This document shows positions 10,966 to 24,780 of a stretch of DNA of 64,000 nt, piece after piece. The position numbers and the translations under genes were made by a program. The notes under the pieces are model-generated. The model saw nothing but the letters and a program-made list of their open reading frames with translations, ran no database searches and had not been told where the DNA came from. The DNA is from Phoronis australis (taxonomy: Eukaryota > Animalia > Phoronida). Every line of letters begins with the position of its first letter. Position 1 is the stretch's first letter. Location of the stretch: contig NMRA01000017.1 in assembly GCA_002633005.1 (NCBI GenBank), positions 1,698,295 through 1,762,294 on the forward strand. The letters run 5' to 3'.

Positions 10966-12975
10966 ACACACAGAGAAATGCAACCACGAAAAACTTGCAC
11001 AGAATCAAACAACAAGTAACATGTGAAACTCCAGTGGCACAAAAACAAGCCAGCAAATGTGCCCGACATGCTTACGGCATTGTGGGTAAATATAGCGAGA
11101 TTAGAGTGTCGCTATGTAATCTGGGACGGATGAATTAGCAACCTGTAATGCCTTTTATCAGGAAGAGATAACCAGGAAGGGACAACTGTTTTCAAACGTG
11201 ATTTCAAAAGTAAACGTTCAAGTTACATGAAATCCAAGCATAGTGTTTGAAAGGTTAACTCTTAAAGACCCTACATAACGGCCAAATGACTTTTGAACAT
11301 CTGTATCATTGATCGACACAAACATATCATCCCTCCCTTTACTCCTGACATTAGCTAATTACGCCAATTACTATCATGCGACCCCATCATGAACCCCATT
11401 TAGCGCTGAAAAAAAATTTAGATGGCGCTCGTTCTAATTGACGCAAATGACGTCATCGTTGGTACCCAAGACATATCGAACAGTCCGTTGCCACAGGAAG
11501 CTTACCTTACGGTGTCTGGTGCATATTTCAAGTCACAGATTTTCAAAATTACAACTGTTAGAGACAACCAAGCTCAAACACTATACGACACTTATCTCGA
11601 CACTTCCACGTGCATGTAATATCCTACAACTCACTGTCCCTTGATAGTTTAGCGTCGCCGAAGACATTAGCGCGTTCTCGGTGGGGACCACCATCAGTCT
11701 AACACCAAATGCTTATTCACAAAGACGTCGGGGTTTAACGAACAGATTTAACGAACAGGGTCCCTGCGTGCATTGGGGGGCAGGTTTGCAATGAATGGAG
11801 ATTTGTCGGACCCACGGCGACATCCTGGCGGAAAGCGTGTACCGGAGAATTAATTTTTTTGTAGTCGCTCCGTGATAATTACGGGATTATGTCGGGGAGT
11901 AAGTCGGCGTTACACATCTCAACGAAGCGAAAGGCTCACTTGCAGCATAATGAAAAACAATGACCCGAGACTTTTCGCACTTGGGTCAGAAAAGTATAAT
12001 GCCTTAATGCAATGGACGGACGTTCAATGAAAAGTACTGCGAAATGGAAGATTAAGAAAATGTAGAAACGTTTGGATGGATTAGCGTCGCGTATGTTCAA
12101 GCCAGAGGAATCCGGGTAAAGTAAAAAAGGGAAACTTAACAGCCAATTGTCACGGAACTCGCTACGGACTGTCATTTGTAGACAAAGGCAATTTACACAA
12201 GGCATACGAGACTTAACAAGTAACCGACGCAGCTAGCTGCACGCCGATTAGTGAGACCTGCAGGAAAATCCAAGCGATTGAGATAGAAACAAAATATTGA
12301 CCAAAAAGGACAAAGTTAGCGCTGCGAATAGGTTGTCATATGTAAACTATTGTTCGATTTGAAAGACCAATTGCACAAGGCATTTTATACTTTGAAGTCA
12401 GGGAAATACGCCGTTCCCGTCATAGCGACAACCCATCGACATGCTGACTGCACACTATTTTTAGTGCGTGCCTCCAAAGTGTACCCAAAGCCGTACTGCC
12501 CGACGTTCACGTGCGGGGTTTGTAAGTACACTCTTTTCCGATGTTAATTTCAAAGAATGTGCCACAAGACTCAAGTTGAATCAGCGCTATCTTATGGTCA
12601 CATGCATTCGAGTATATGCTACACCCAAGCTTTTAATCGAGCCAAGCTAGTGCAATATTTAGAACGGCCGCCGTACTCTTTTGATGTGCGACTTGGGAGG
12701 TGTGCACCTCTACAGTCCCACCGCTGAAGTACATGATACATTGGCTGCAACATGTGAGTGACAGATGACTCATATACTGGGGAACCCAATGGTCGTCCGC
12801 CTAAGCATAAAACCGACTTGCTGTTGTACTCACCGAATTATTCCACTTCAAAGTTATGATCTGAATAGGATTCGATTTAACTCTCACAGATATACCGCAT
12901 TCATCGATTCGGAAGTTTTCTTTAATTTGTGCCGAGTTATTTCAAATGTGCACTGCCTTCGGCAGCCATTTTATT

Positions 12976-13728
12976 NNNNNNNNNNNNNNNNNNNNNNNNN
13001 NNNNNNNNNNNNNNNNNNNNNNNNNNNNNNNNNNNNNNNNNNNNNNNNNNNNNNNNNNNNNNNNNNNNNNNNNNNNNNNNNNNNNNNNNNNNNNNNNNNN
13101 NNNNNNNNNNNNNNNNNNNNNNNNNNNNNNNNNNNNNNNNNNNNNNNNNNNNNNNNNNNNNNNNNNNNNNNNNNNNNNNNNNNNNNNNNNNNNNNNNNNN
13201 NNNNNNNNNNNNNNNNNNNNNNNNNNNNNNNNNNNNNNNNNNNNNNNNNNNNNNNNNNNNNNNNNNNNNNNNNNNNNNNNNNNNNNNNNNNNNNNNNNNN
13301 NNNNNNNNNNNNNNNNNNNNNNNNNNNNNNNNNNNNNNNNNNNNNNNNNNNNNNNNNNNNNNNNNNNNNNNNNNNNNNNNNNNNNNNNNNNNNNNNNNNN
13401 NNNNNNNNNNNNNNNNNNNNNNNNNNNNNNNNNNNNNNNNNNNNNNNNNNNNNNNNNNNNNNNNNNNNNNNNNNNNNNNNNNNNNNNNNNNNNNNNNNNN
13501 NNNNNNNNNNNNNNNNNNNNNNNNNNNNNNNNNNNNNNNNNNNNNNNNNNNNNNNNNNNNNNNNNNNNNNNNNNNNNNNNNNNNNNNNNNNNNNNNNNNN
13601 NNNNNNNNNNNNNNNNNNNNNNNNNNNNNNNNNNNNNNNNNNNNNNNNNNNNNNNNNNNNNNNNNNNNNNNNNNNNNNNNNNNNNNNNNNNNNNNNNNNN
13701 NNNNNNNNNNNNNNNNNNNNNNNNNNNN
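12976..13728. other. Assembly gap (N run)
   Basis: Run of N. Confidence 1.
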
Positions 13729-15699
13729 TCTCAACGATGATGTCAATAGGCCAGTCTACTGTGATTCGTCGAGAGAATAAAAGGGGTTTCTGATGGGGGC
13801 ACATAATATGGGGGGCACAAAATGCGTAGTAATTAGTTAGTGGTTGTGTGGAATAAAACGAAACAAAGATATGTTGCACAAAAGTACATGTATTTAACAT
13901 ATCTAAAAGGCAATTGGCTCATTTTATAAAGACTTTAACAAAATGAAACTACTTTGATCCCCAGACTGCATATTAATGGCACTGGGATGCTTTGAACATG
14001 ACATGTTTTACCTTTCCAAAAGATGCCTCTTCCTAGGCATGTATTTGGGCATGATCCTCTTTTTTTGAACCAACAGATGTTACTAACATATGGAAATGAG
14101 GCTCGCGTCGCCTACGTCATACGGCGCGAGCTTCCAATTTGAACCATCAGGTGCTTAGAGTGTATGAGTTGAAACGAAGTTCTACCAGATTGGGTTGATC
14201 TCATTCCAAGAAAACTAAGAACTCACCCAAGTCAATGTTCAAAGAACATTGATTATGGTTTCACATGGAAATACATTTAATTGTATTTGGATACGTTTGC
14301 ATGTGCTTAAATCTCTCTCTCTCTCTTTCTTAGTCAATACCCCAGCCCGAATTGTCTGTCTGAAGTTGATGTTCTGAAGTTGGTACAGCATTTAACTTCT
14401 GCACTACCACAATTCTTTTAAAAACAGTACAATATGCGACTGCGAGTCCTCCATCATGAATGCAAACTAAGTAAAGAAAACGATTCATGTGTGTTTTCCA
14501 TTTACTCTTGGATGGGAGTGTCAGGCCTTTTAATGAAAACCAATATTTCTAGAAAGATATTGATTGTATTGTCAAATGGTTGCAATTATGGAATTTCAAT
14601 AAATTTCCAGATTGTTACAAACTCATTCTTCTAGCTGGGAACCATTATTCTCAAGTTGGAGTGAATGCCGATGTCAGATGTTGTTGGCAAAAATTCGGTC
14701 TACCGTACTTCATGACACCTATATTTGTATTTCTTTGACTGAGCCTGGCAGCATCACCACCATCTGGATGTGTCGTATCTGTATCTGCGTCAACATTGAA
14801 ACATCTCTAGTTTTTAAAATAATCCTTAGCAGTCCTATGCCTTCTCGTGGCAGACAACATTGCTAAGTATGTAGAATGCGCATGTCAATCGATAACAGAA
14901 ACCAGGATAGAGTTCAATAACGTAAGGACAAGATGAGATATTACCCTGTATTTACAATGAAAGCACGTGATTTTGGTTACAATTTCTCACTGCGAGACAT
15001 ATATTTTGAACTTTGCCCAGTGACGTTGCTAGCTGTCCCAAATCTTGGAATTATTCCCCGAAACCGCAGTCGCGCATGGCCACTACCGTATTGTGTTGCA
15101 AACGGTTTGACAGATTTTCAGAGGGAGTATGCATCACAGATATGATGTTTATGCTGCCAACGAAACTCCTCACAAGGCAATGAGATGAACTCTGTCAATT
15201 TCAATGGGCCGGAGGCAGCAAAAGTAACCAATACTATTCATCTATCTAAGTGTGAAATGCAAAAACAGCAACCAATGAGAGTCATTAAATGCATTTCCAT
15301 GCAAAGGTTTGCTGAAACTGGTGTCAGTAAGTCAGACCAGTGTTATGGGGCCCATGGAATATTGAAAAATGTGTTACAAAAATAACATTCTGGCCACCCA
15401 AAAGTCGGCCATTGTATAAACTCCTGCACAAGGGTGTCGTTTCTGACTAGTAAGGCTTCGCAGAACTAAGCACCGAGTTGTAATTAGTTTCAATGGTTTA
15501 TATGATCAGTTGTCCGCCGAACACAAAAGGCGACTACAAAAGTGATTAGGCCTAACGATCAGCGACTTTAGTGCTGGACTGCACCTCAAGCACTGGGCCT
15601 TTGTTTAAATTCAATTGACTTTGACTAGTTGGTCAAGATAAATTGAAAAGACGATTCAGAGATTATTTACAAGCTGCCTTACACCAGAAATAGAATAGT

Positions 15700-15927
15700 G
15701 GCCCGGTCTGTCACTTGAGTGAGATCGGTGATCAGGCCACTTGCTCTCAAGCGTAATTTGAACTAGTGAGGGCCTTATTAACGATGACAACGCATTTTTT
15801 ACAAACTGGCCCTTATTTTTTAAACCAGCCGGGGCATTTTTAAACAGGATGCGGGACATTTAAACAGGACGCGTGTTCGGCCAAACAGGACACTGTGACA
15901 CGTTAAAAGTGGCCGTGGAGAACACTG
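15700..15927. mobile_element. Terminus of hAT-like element (second copy at 29365-29576)
   Basis: ...AAACAGGAC repeats...GTGGAGAACACTG end shared with 29365-29576. Confidence 0.6.
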
Positions 15928-16649
15928 TTGTGGAATTACGAGTTTATCACAACAAAAGTTTCGTTGTGTTGATAAAACGGGCTTCTATTCAAAAAAACAT
16001 GGTTGATTGGAAGGCCGCATAAAGACATAGTTTCACAGCAAAACAACTGCTTTTCAAAACAAATAGCACTGTATGAATCTGTTGCACAGCGCAGTTGTTG
16101 TCCGCAGAGCTTGATTAATGAGAAAAGCCCAGCCGTAATCCTTTTCCGACTTTAGTCCAGACAATTCTGAGAACAGGCATATGTGGTTACATAACCGTCT
16201 ATGATGTCAGATGAAAAAGACAGCTGAGCATTGCAATGGCTACAAGCAGTCAACCCTCCAAAATTTTGCTTGCTTCATTTGATAATTCTTTTCAACTCCA
16301 TTTGTTGGCATAATTAAATTGCTTTTCGCCAAGGAGATGTAAAGACCAGTGCATCACAGATAATCAAGCCTAATACAAAATATTGCAGTTTTCATTTTTT
16401 TTTTCATTTTCAGCAGTGAGTAATAAGGGAAACACCTTCTAATTTAACCATGTATAGTGGAGGAGGCGATCTCAATGACAGAATTACAAGAACACTTGAA
16501 ATGGAAGTCTTCTGAACTTGTTTTTTAAATTCATGTGTTATTCTATTGAAATAATAATAAACCTAAGGCATCAAGAAATATTACCTGAAGATGCCAGTGA
16601 CCATATTATTTCAGCGCGATTTCAAACCTTTGGTATGAATCAATGGTAT

Positions 16650-18284
16650 AACAAGACCAACGCAGAGCGTTGAAATACGCCCATGGATGCATCGCAAATG
16701 ATGTGCATCTGAAAACAGGAAACGGTCCTTGGTTCTTTAACAGAAAGCTATACACTAAATTGCCACTAGGAGACACACTGTTCATTGGATAAGCCTGAAA
16801 GTCATCATTGTCTGTTGTCAGCTTCAAATAAATACACTAATTAAATTTAATAAAGATACTGTAGTGGGTTCAGGAAATACAGCTATGGGCGCAAAACAAA
16901 ACAAAACTACCACTAGGAGGCACCACAGTAGTCAAAGTTGTCATCGTCAGCCATCCTCTTCATACTGTAAACATATAAGCCAATTTTCAAAACCATCCCT
17001 AGAATGATTTGGTTGATAGAGGGGTAGACGCCAAAAAACTTGAAAACAGCAAAAATGGCTACTAGGTGGCGCAAAATACCTCGATTCCATCCGGAAACGG
17101 GAGGATAGCGTCACCTCACCAATAGATGCCCGTATTCAAAATTTTATGAAAATCCGTTGAGGACCATTAAAGATACAGAAGTAAACATAAAACTAAAATT
17201 GCCACCAGGGGGCACACCAGTAGTCATGTACATCCGAAAATCGTCGTCATCCTTTGTCAACATCATCTTAACACACCTATTAAATTTAGTAAAGATCCTG
17301 CTCACGGTTTAGGAAACAACCATGGGCGCAAAAAAACGAAACTGCCACTAGAATGTGCCGCAGTAGTCGAAGTCATCAGAAAATCATTGCCACCCGTCCA
17401 CTTCATAGTAAAACCTACAAGTTAATTTTCACAATTATCCTGAAAGCGGTTTGGTTGATAAAGGGGTGGACACCAAAAAATAGACTAAAAAACAATAAAT
17501 ATGGCCACTAGGTGGCGCAACCAGGTCGAATCCATCTGAAAACGAATAAAATAGCATCACATCACTAGCAGAAGCCTGTACACCAAATTTTATGAAAATA
17601 CGTTGAGGACCTTTGAAGATACAAAGATAAACGTAAAAAAATAAAGTTGCCACTAGGTGACACACTGTAGTCATATCTGTCCGAAAGTCATCGACGTCCG
17701 TTGTCATCATAATATAAATGCACTAACTAAATTTAGTAAAGAACCTGCAAACGGCTTAGGAGACATAGCCATAGGCGAAAAAAAACAAAACTGCCACAAG
17801 GAGGCACCACAGTAGTCCCCTTCATAGTAAGAACATACATGCCAATTTTCACAATCATGCTTAGAGCGGTTTGGTTGATAGAATGATGGACACTAAAAAC
17901 AGACTTCAAAACAGTAAAAATGGCCACTAGGTGGCGCAAACTATGTCCAATCCATCAGAAAACCGGAGGATATCGTCGTCTCACTAGTAGATGTCTATAT
18001 ATCAAATTCCGGGAATATAAGTTCAGGACCTTTGATACACAGTTAAACGTAAAAAACTAAAATTAACACTAGGGGGCACACCGGTAATCTGATTTGTCAG
18101 AAAGTTTGCTCATGCCGTCCCATCCATGAAAGGAATGCATGTGCAAAATTTCATGAACATATGTCAATCAGTTTTGGAGATAGAGCAGCGGATGCCGGAT
18201 GGACGCCGGATGGACGGAAGCCGGACCGACTGACGCCGAACGGACAGAGATGATGTCCACATATAAATATGCAGGCGCATAAAA
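16650..18284 (-). mobile_element. Helentron/HINE-type element family A with ~10 core monomers (~145 bp; ~440-bp trimer periodicity)
   Basis: 5' subTIR/IR hairpin at about 18284, (GTCC)n-like microsatellite at 18190-18250, tandem core, 3' subTIR plus palindrome at about 16650-16690. No TSD. Confidence 0.8.
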
Positions 18285-19122
18285 TTTGATTTACACAATA
18301 TAGACAGAACAGTTACAGACACTTTTGTAAACGTCCTGTGGCAATGATATAAATATTTTTTTCTATAATGATTGATAACAAGTTTTACTGAGATGAGGTA
18401 TGATGTAATATGCATGCCTAATACTGTATGCAGAGATATGAAGCTTGAAACGCTCCATCATCCCTTGTAATTCTCTGGCAGTTGTTCCATCGTTTTCTTT
18501 CATCTGTTGGTCGATGAGCGCACGTGTGGTCTTCAATTAATGTAGAATCTGGACTATCGTATGAAGTGTTTGTTCTATCGTTTAAGTTCATGTTCTGCCC
18601 GAAATTTATGAAAATGATTGTTTTCAAAGCAGGAGAAGAATTGTTGTCAGTAATAGTTTTAAATTTCTTATTGTATGCATCACAGTTATTACATATATTA
18701 TTCAACCGATATTACAATATACGTATGCCTAAGACTGTAACCCTGTAATCGGTATGCCATAAACTTCGTTTATCTAAATTTTGAAGACATCCTTTGTACT
18801 TGGCTTCGGTTGATTAATGTGGGGCCCTGACAACACAAGACTCTGAAAGTTTTGAAAACGCAACTTTTTCTTTATGCAGATACATTTTATGCCCATGCGT
18901 ACATTTGATGTACGACTTGGGCACTGACTGAATGCATCAACCAAACATATTAATTTTTGAAAATGCCTTCAAAAGCGGACTTCTTCAAAACACCGTGTTG
19001 GCCGTATTCCTGTAGAAAAGCGAAAGGAACAAATTTATACTCTGCTCAAAGCACTTTTGTGGACATGCGGAAACGCCAAGGTCTCCGTCTTACAATGCTG
19101 CATGTGCTTGGAAGTTTTTTAA

Positions 19123-21046
19123 AGGAGCATGCCACACAAAAAACAACCTAATTTGTATCAATTTAGATCGAGTAGTTCTACTCCATAACGGCACGTAAAG
19201 TTGCTTTACCTGACACCTGACGGCAGACTGAGGTGTTGAAATTATCCAATGACGTAATTGGTTTCACACACAGTCTGTTCAGCAGTTCACAACACGGGTT
19301 ACTGGTAACAGCTTATCGCTTGAATTCATCGTTTTACACCAATAAATCATCAAACTTCGATGTAAAATCCTTAAAAATACACCCAGTTCTTATATAAATG
19401 TGTTGTTTTATTTCGCTGTTAAGGATTTATTGGTATTTGGACACACCGTAGCCTACAAAGTTCGGCAGGCCAATAAGGTTTGTAGCAGGAGTTTGGGGTC
19501 TGTTCGGAGATAAATTCAAAGTATTTTTCCGCGAGATACAGACAGGAGAACCTAGTCTGCATTGTTTAGACTTGTGATTTTTTGAGTTCTAAACACGCAA
19601 AACGCTCGTTATCCTGGCCAGTGGCTCGGAGCCTGATCAGGCCCGTCGCGGCCGGCCGGATTGACTCGTTATCCCAGCCAGTGGCTCGGAAACTGATCAG
19701 ACATCACGAACATTAACTAGCCAAAGTTGGAAACTAAACTTCCAGTCAGGAAAATACTATACTAATGAGCCAAAGTAATGTGCACGTGATTATGATGGTG
19801 AATTAGCCACGAAACTGCAAATCTACTTACTCGTCGGGGGCCGCGAATTCAGGTTCCGCTTTGTCCACAGCACCGTCAGCATGCGCGCACCCAGCCTTCA
19901 ATTTCTGACGTTTTGGACCTTTTGGTAACAAAAAAAGCGGGTGGGCTAAAAAAAGAAAAAAGCGGGGGCACCACTATTGCGCGATTGTGTTTAGAGGACT
20001 TTATTCTCATTTTCTCGGACTTTTTGTTTCCCAGAGGTGGACCTTTTTGCCCACTTCGCCAAATGGGGGGAAGGGGGGCTCACTCGAGCCCCCCGAGCCC
20101 CCCTGGGTGCGCGCATGGTCAGGGCAGAAGTTGTACATTGACAATCATTATTTGAATAATGTAAATATCAATAAAGATTCCACTAACATCTGACCGTGGG
20201 ATGGAAATCGAATTGTTTCACAACAGTTTCTGCCATCAAACACTAAATTAGCATGAGCTCACACGGCCTCGGTGTCCCCTCAATTAGTTTTATTGCACCT
20301 AAAGCCGGTAGTGCAGTGATTTATTCATTGCTGGCTTCTCAAATCATTTGCACTCATGAACATTCCAAAGGCATTACAAATTGCATCTAGTGAGACAGAT
20401 TTTGTTTCAGTTTTATATAAGTATTGGTTAGGGTGAGAATAGATCATTTTGAAACAGAACGCTCAGTAATAAACGTCAACATGGCAACTCGCAATCCCCA
20501 GCGAGAGCTCATCAGTCCCGATGAAGACTTCGCAAGTGGATCGTTAGGTTTCACAGGCTATCAGTTCGAACAGGAATAAAATGATGAAGAAATACTAGAG
20601 AGGCACCGTGAACAAGCTCAGACAACAGAACGTATTGATAGTTATTTGGTAAGCCGGCATTCGTCAGGCACTCACGGCGGTCGACTACTTCAGGCCATAG
20701 ACACGGAGATGTTTCACAGCCTCATAGTTGCTATTTACAGCGTACTTTTCATTCTTGACTACTGCGATCCACTTCCTAAACATTTCGGACTCTCGAGGAA
20801 GTCAAGAAAACGATATATCCGCTTTTCTCGCAACTGCATAGTTCGCACAAGTGGGAACGATGCACCACAACATAGCGGCATTCACTCCACAGATGAACCA
20901 CTGACGTCGCTAGCGTCGTTTCTCACCTTCCTCACAGGTTAACGCGTCACCTCTTGGCAAGGCAAGGTCGACCGTGTGCGAGGCGATGTGGATATAGCCG
21001 ATCAAGATGGCAAAAAAAAACTAATTAAATCGGGTGGCATTCTCGT
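19123..21046 (+). mobile_element. Kolobok-type non-autonomous element, copy 1 (TTAA TSD; THAP and KolX relics)
   Basis: TTAA|AGGAGCATGCCAC...GTGGCATTCTCGT|TTAA. MATRNPQ...GFTGYQFEQE on + and a THAP relic on -. Confidence 0.75.
19880..20117. mobile_element. GC-rich MITE with CATGCGCGCACCCAG TIR, 5-bp TSD GTCAG
   Basis: Perfect 15-bp TIR. TSD at 19875-19879 and 20118-20122. Empty site visible in the Kolobok copy at about 26380-26400. Confidence 0.9.
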
Positions 21047-22901
21047 TTAAGATTGAGCACCCTTTCAAAAGATTGTAAGCCTTGATACAGCTGAGACAGA
21101 AGAATTATTCTGTGAGTTTGGAACTGAAACCGAACCAAATCTCGGGATACAAGCAAGATATTTTTATTTTGGAGCCATAGTTGCCAGCTATCATTTATCG
21201 TCACTAGATGCTTTGCTTCTCAAAAATGCACCTTGGTGTATTTCTTTTCATTTTTATAGACATTGCAATCGCTTTACCAGATTCACGCACCCATGTCGTG
21301 TACCTCTTCACCACGTGTGCACATCTTCCCGTTCAATATTGTTTAGTTTATATAATTTGTTAATATGTTGTTGACAGAAAATATTTATTTTTAGAACGTC
21401 GTGAACGACCAACTGATACATGTTAACTAGCACAGATTTTAACATCACCGATGCATGAAAACGGAATGCGCAAAAGCTAGAATTGGTTGTAGCCTCAACA
21501 GTGGTCATTCAGTGTTTGATGTCACTGTCAAAGTTCGTGGAAATCGTAACAATACGATTTTGAAGTTAGAGCCTTCCAAGTCTGTGGGTTTAGGGCATAC
21601 AAGACCGTGTATTTCGCGTCTTTACAGCAAGGGTTAATACTATGAAATTTAAATACCCGGAGTAAGAGCTCTTCGGTGCAACAACTCACTACACTATACC
21701 ATCATCATGGAGACCCGTGAAGAACTTTAAAAATGAAAAAAATACAGTTCAGCATAACACAAACAAAAACAAGTGAGGGCGAAGACTGTCAAAAATAGCT
21801 GCGTTTACAAAATGACTACAACGTTGTATTGACCGGGAAGCAGCCAACCTAACGCAACTTGTTAACGTCATGAGTAAAAAGATCAAATTAATGCAAAAGA
21901 AAACTTTCACGTTTTGTTATCCAAAACTAGTTGCATTGTCCATAATCCAATGTTCAATATTACTGCTTGCCTTTAACCTTAGAATTAGTGGTGTTACACA
22001 AGCGATGAGAACTCATGTAATGTAGACACAGTAAAATTAGGTTAATCTATTTGACCCTGTGCCGAGACGAATATGCATCAGCATGCAAAGCAGTATCAGC
22101 CTGACAACCTATTACGCAACTCCTGCTCTAGCAGTGGGTCGGCTGATGGTCAGTTGGCAATTAAGGTCGGCAGTAGTCGGCTTTGAGAATAGTTGGCTAA
22201 AAATTATCCGACCAGTCGTCTAATTTGTGGACCGGTCAACGGCCGGTCGTAGACTACTAGTCGAACGGTCGGACAAAAATTCGAGATGTGTGCTGTATCT
22301 GAATTGAAGAATAGATAAGGTGAGGGTATGTCCGCCACAACATCTCAGAACACTCGTGCAGTGCATTGGTTTGTCAACGGACAAATGGACGTACGTCCTA
22401 TGCTTGTCAACGGCCAATTCCTCCCTCAGGCCCAGTATTCCACCATGCAGGCACACCTCCCACCTCCTTGAGAAGCAGTTGATCAAGACATATTGTCTGC
22501 GCATGAGTCATGAACAGGCAATGCAATTTTGACTCTTGACAGTTTACTTCCATACACCAGTGCTCGGATATATGTGTGAGGAAACTTTGTGGCAATTTGA
22601 TTTTTACCAGGTGGCCAAATAAAACCTGAGGTCGTATTGGTAATCTGCATGTTGCTAAATCAAGTTCTGAGTAAAAACAATATGATGAACATTGATACAC
22701 AAGTACACTGTGATGCATTTGAATGACTCCAATAACATTTTTGTAATTGAAATAAAACTTATTTAAGTTTGTGGATTATGTTTTGGTGCATTTCCAACCA
22801 AAAGTCTACAAATGTTAACCATGTTATTTCTAATGCAAAAGCACTTTCACTCCAGAAGTAATCTGCCTTGAACTGAATGTGTGATCCCTCGGTTAAATTA
22901 C

Positions 22902-23061
22902 CTAGCTCCTTGACACACCTCCTCAGTTCCTGCACCGCCAACTCTGGGGCTTGCATTGGCAAGGTACCCAGGCCAACAAATCTTGTTGGGTGTTTAGCAA
23001 CAGTTTTGGCAAGGTCATCATTAATAATTCGACTGACATCAGCAGTATCCTCTGGTTTGGC
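22902..23061 (-). CDS. ACMSD: ACMSD coding exon 4 (AKPEDTADVSRIINDDL...RFVGLGTLPMQAPELAVQELRRCVKEL)
   Basis: Strong similarity to ACMSD; canonical splice sites. Confidence 0.95.
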
Positions 23062-23429
23062 CTACAAACATTACATGTGAAAGCAGGAAAATGTTTAAAG
23101 CGTTGTTTGTTTAAATACAAAGTATACACTTTCAAGCAGCAAAATGATTACACTGACAGCTCAAAAAGTACTTTCTTAGATTTTTGAGTGTAGTATGTTC
23201 CAAAGCAATCAGATTTTTAAATGTTCATTAGGCGTTCAAGCAATATTTTTTAATGTTGACTGAACACTTTTAAAAACATTTTTCATAGGCAGATATGATT
23301 GCTTTAAAACACAAGAGATGAATATTATGATTCATCCATATCATGACAGTTCATAATTTATGAACCTGTTGCCTTACTTAAAAGAATTAAAAATTCACTA
23401 GCATTAATCATAAAACACCGTCCAAGCTA

Positions 23430-23660
23430 ACAAATAAATGAAAGCGCTCCAAGGAGCGACACTTGGCGAAATTAACAGAAAAGACGACGATAGGGATGAT
23501 GACGAAGATGACAAATATGATGACGATGGTGGCGATGATGAACAATTCAAGTAATGTTAACATTCATATGACGAACATAGAGGTCAGAAATCAGGAAGAA
23601 ATAGACGACAGTCGTCACACTTGGCGAAATTAACTGAAAAGACGGCGGAGATGAAGAATT
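23430..23660 (-). repeat. Fragment of repeat family B (ACTTGGCGAAATTAA + GAT/GAC microsatellite), as at 50080-54160
   Basis: aaatgaaagcgctccaaggagcgacacttggcgaaattaacagaaaagacgacg is nearly identical to about 50485. Confidence 0.8.
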
Positions 23661-23682
23661 TTTGAGACTGACAAATAAATAC

Positions 23683-24780
23683 TACAAGAGCAACGCGGAG
23701 CATTGAAAAGCGCCCACGAATGCATCACAAACGGTGTGCTTTTAAGGTTATTTATTTGTATCATAGAAATGGCCACTAGATGGCACAAAAATGTACAATT
23801 CATCCAAGTACGGGAATATACCATATTTCATAAAAATCTATCAAGGAACTTCAGAGAAATAAAGGAAAACGGAACAAAATGAAATTGCCACTTGTGGGCA
23901 CAGTGTCCATTCAATCCACCTGAAAGTAGTCGTCTTCATATAAATTCACTTACTAAATTTAATAAAGATCCTGCAGTGGATACACAGCGGTGGGTGAAAA
24001 ACAAAACTACCACTATGAGGCACCACTATAGTCAGTCACCATCGTCCTCTTCACACTTAATACATATACGCCAATTTTCAAAACCATCACTAGAATGATT
24101 TGACTGATAGAGGGGTGGACGCCAAAAACAAGAGTTGAAAACAGCAAAAATGGCCACTAGGTGGCACAAAATATCTCGATTCCATCCAAAAACAAGGATG
24201 ATAGCGTCATCTCACCAACAGATGCCTATATTCAAAATTTTATGAAAATCTATTGAGGACCTTTGAAGATACAGACTGTCTGGTAAATGTAAAAACACTA
24301 AAATTGCCACCTGGGGTCACACCAGTAGTCAGAGCTGTCCAAAAGTCGCAGCCGTCTGTTGTCAACATCATATAAATACACTAGCTAAATTTAGTAAAAT
24401 CCCTGCAAACAGTTTAGGAGATACAGCCATGAGCGCAAAAAAACTGCCACTAGGAGGCGCCACAGTAGTCGAACTCTTTGGAAAATCATCGTCAATTGTC
24501 CACTTCCTAACTAGTAAAAACATATGCCAATTTTCACACCTATCCTGAAAGTGGTTTGGTTGATAGACGAGTGGACGCCAAAAAACAGGAAAAATGGCCA
24601 ATAGGTGGCGCAAACTAGGTCGAATCCATCTGAAAACGGAGAGATAGCATCACCTTATTAAAAGATGCCTGTATGCCAAATTTTATGAAAATATGTTGAG
24701 GACCTTTGAATGTACAGGTGTGAACGTACACCAGTTGTCAGATCCGTCTCAAAGTCATCGTTTGTTGTCAATGTCTTATA
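23683..24780 (-). mobile_element. HINE family A, 3' half
   Basis: 3' subTIR/palindrome at about 23685-23720 plus core monomers. 5' end absent here. Confidence 0.7.

Noticed and set aside
12765-13900. Long ORFs (264-342 aa) in the ORF track; likewise 58289-58936 and 63208-63823
   Set aside because: Artefacts of translating N runs.
14690-14900. Possible Chapaev/RAG1-like zinc-finger relic (CFNVDADTDTTHP)
   Set aside because: Too degenerate; key cysteines missing; cannot be supported without a profile search.
16650-18284. Regularly spaced motifs resembling a CRISPR array
   Set aside because: Intervening sequences are homologous monomers, not unique spacers; eukaryotic context; no cas genes.
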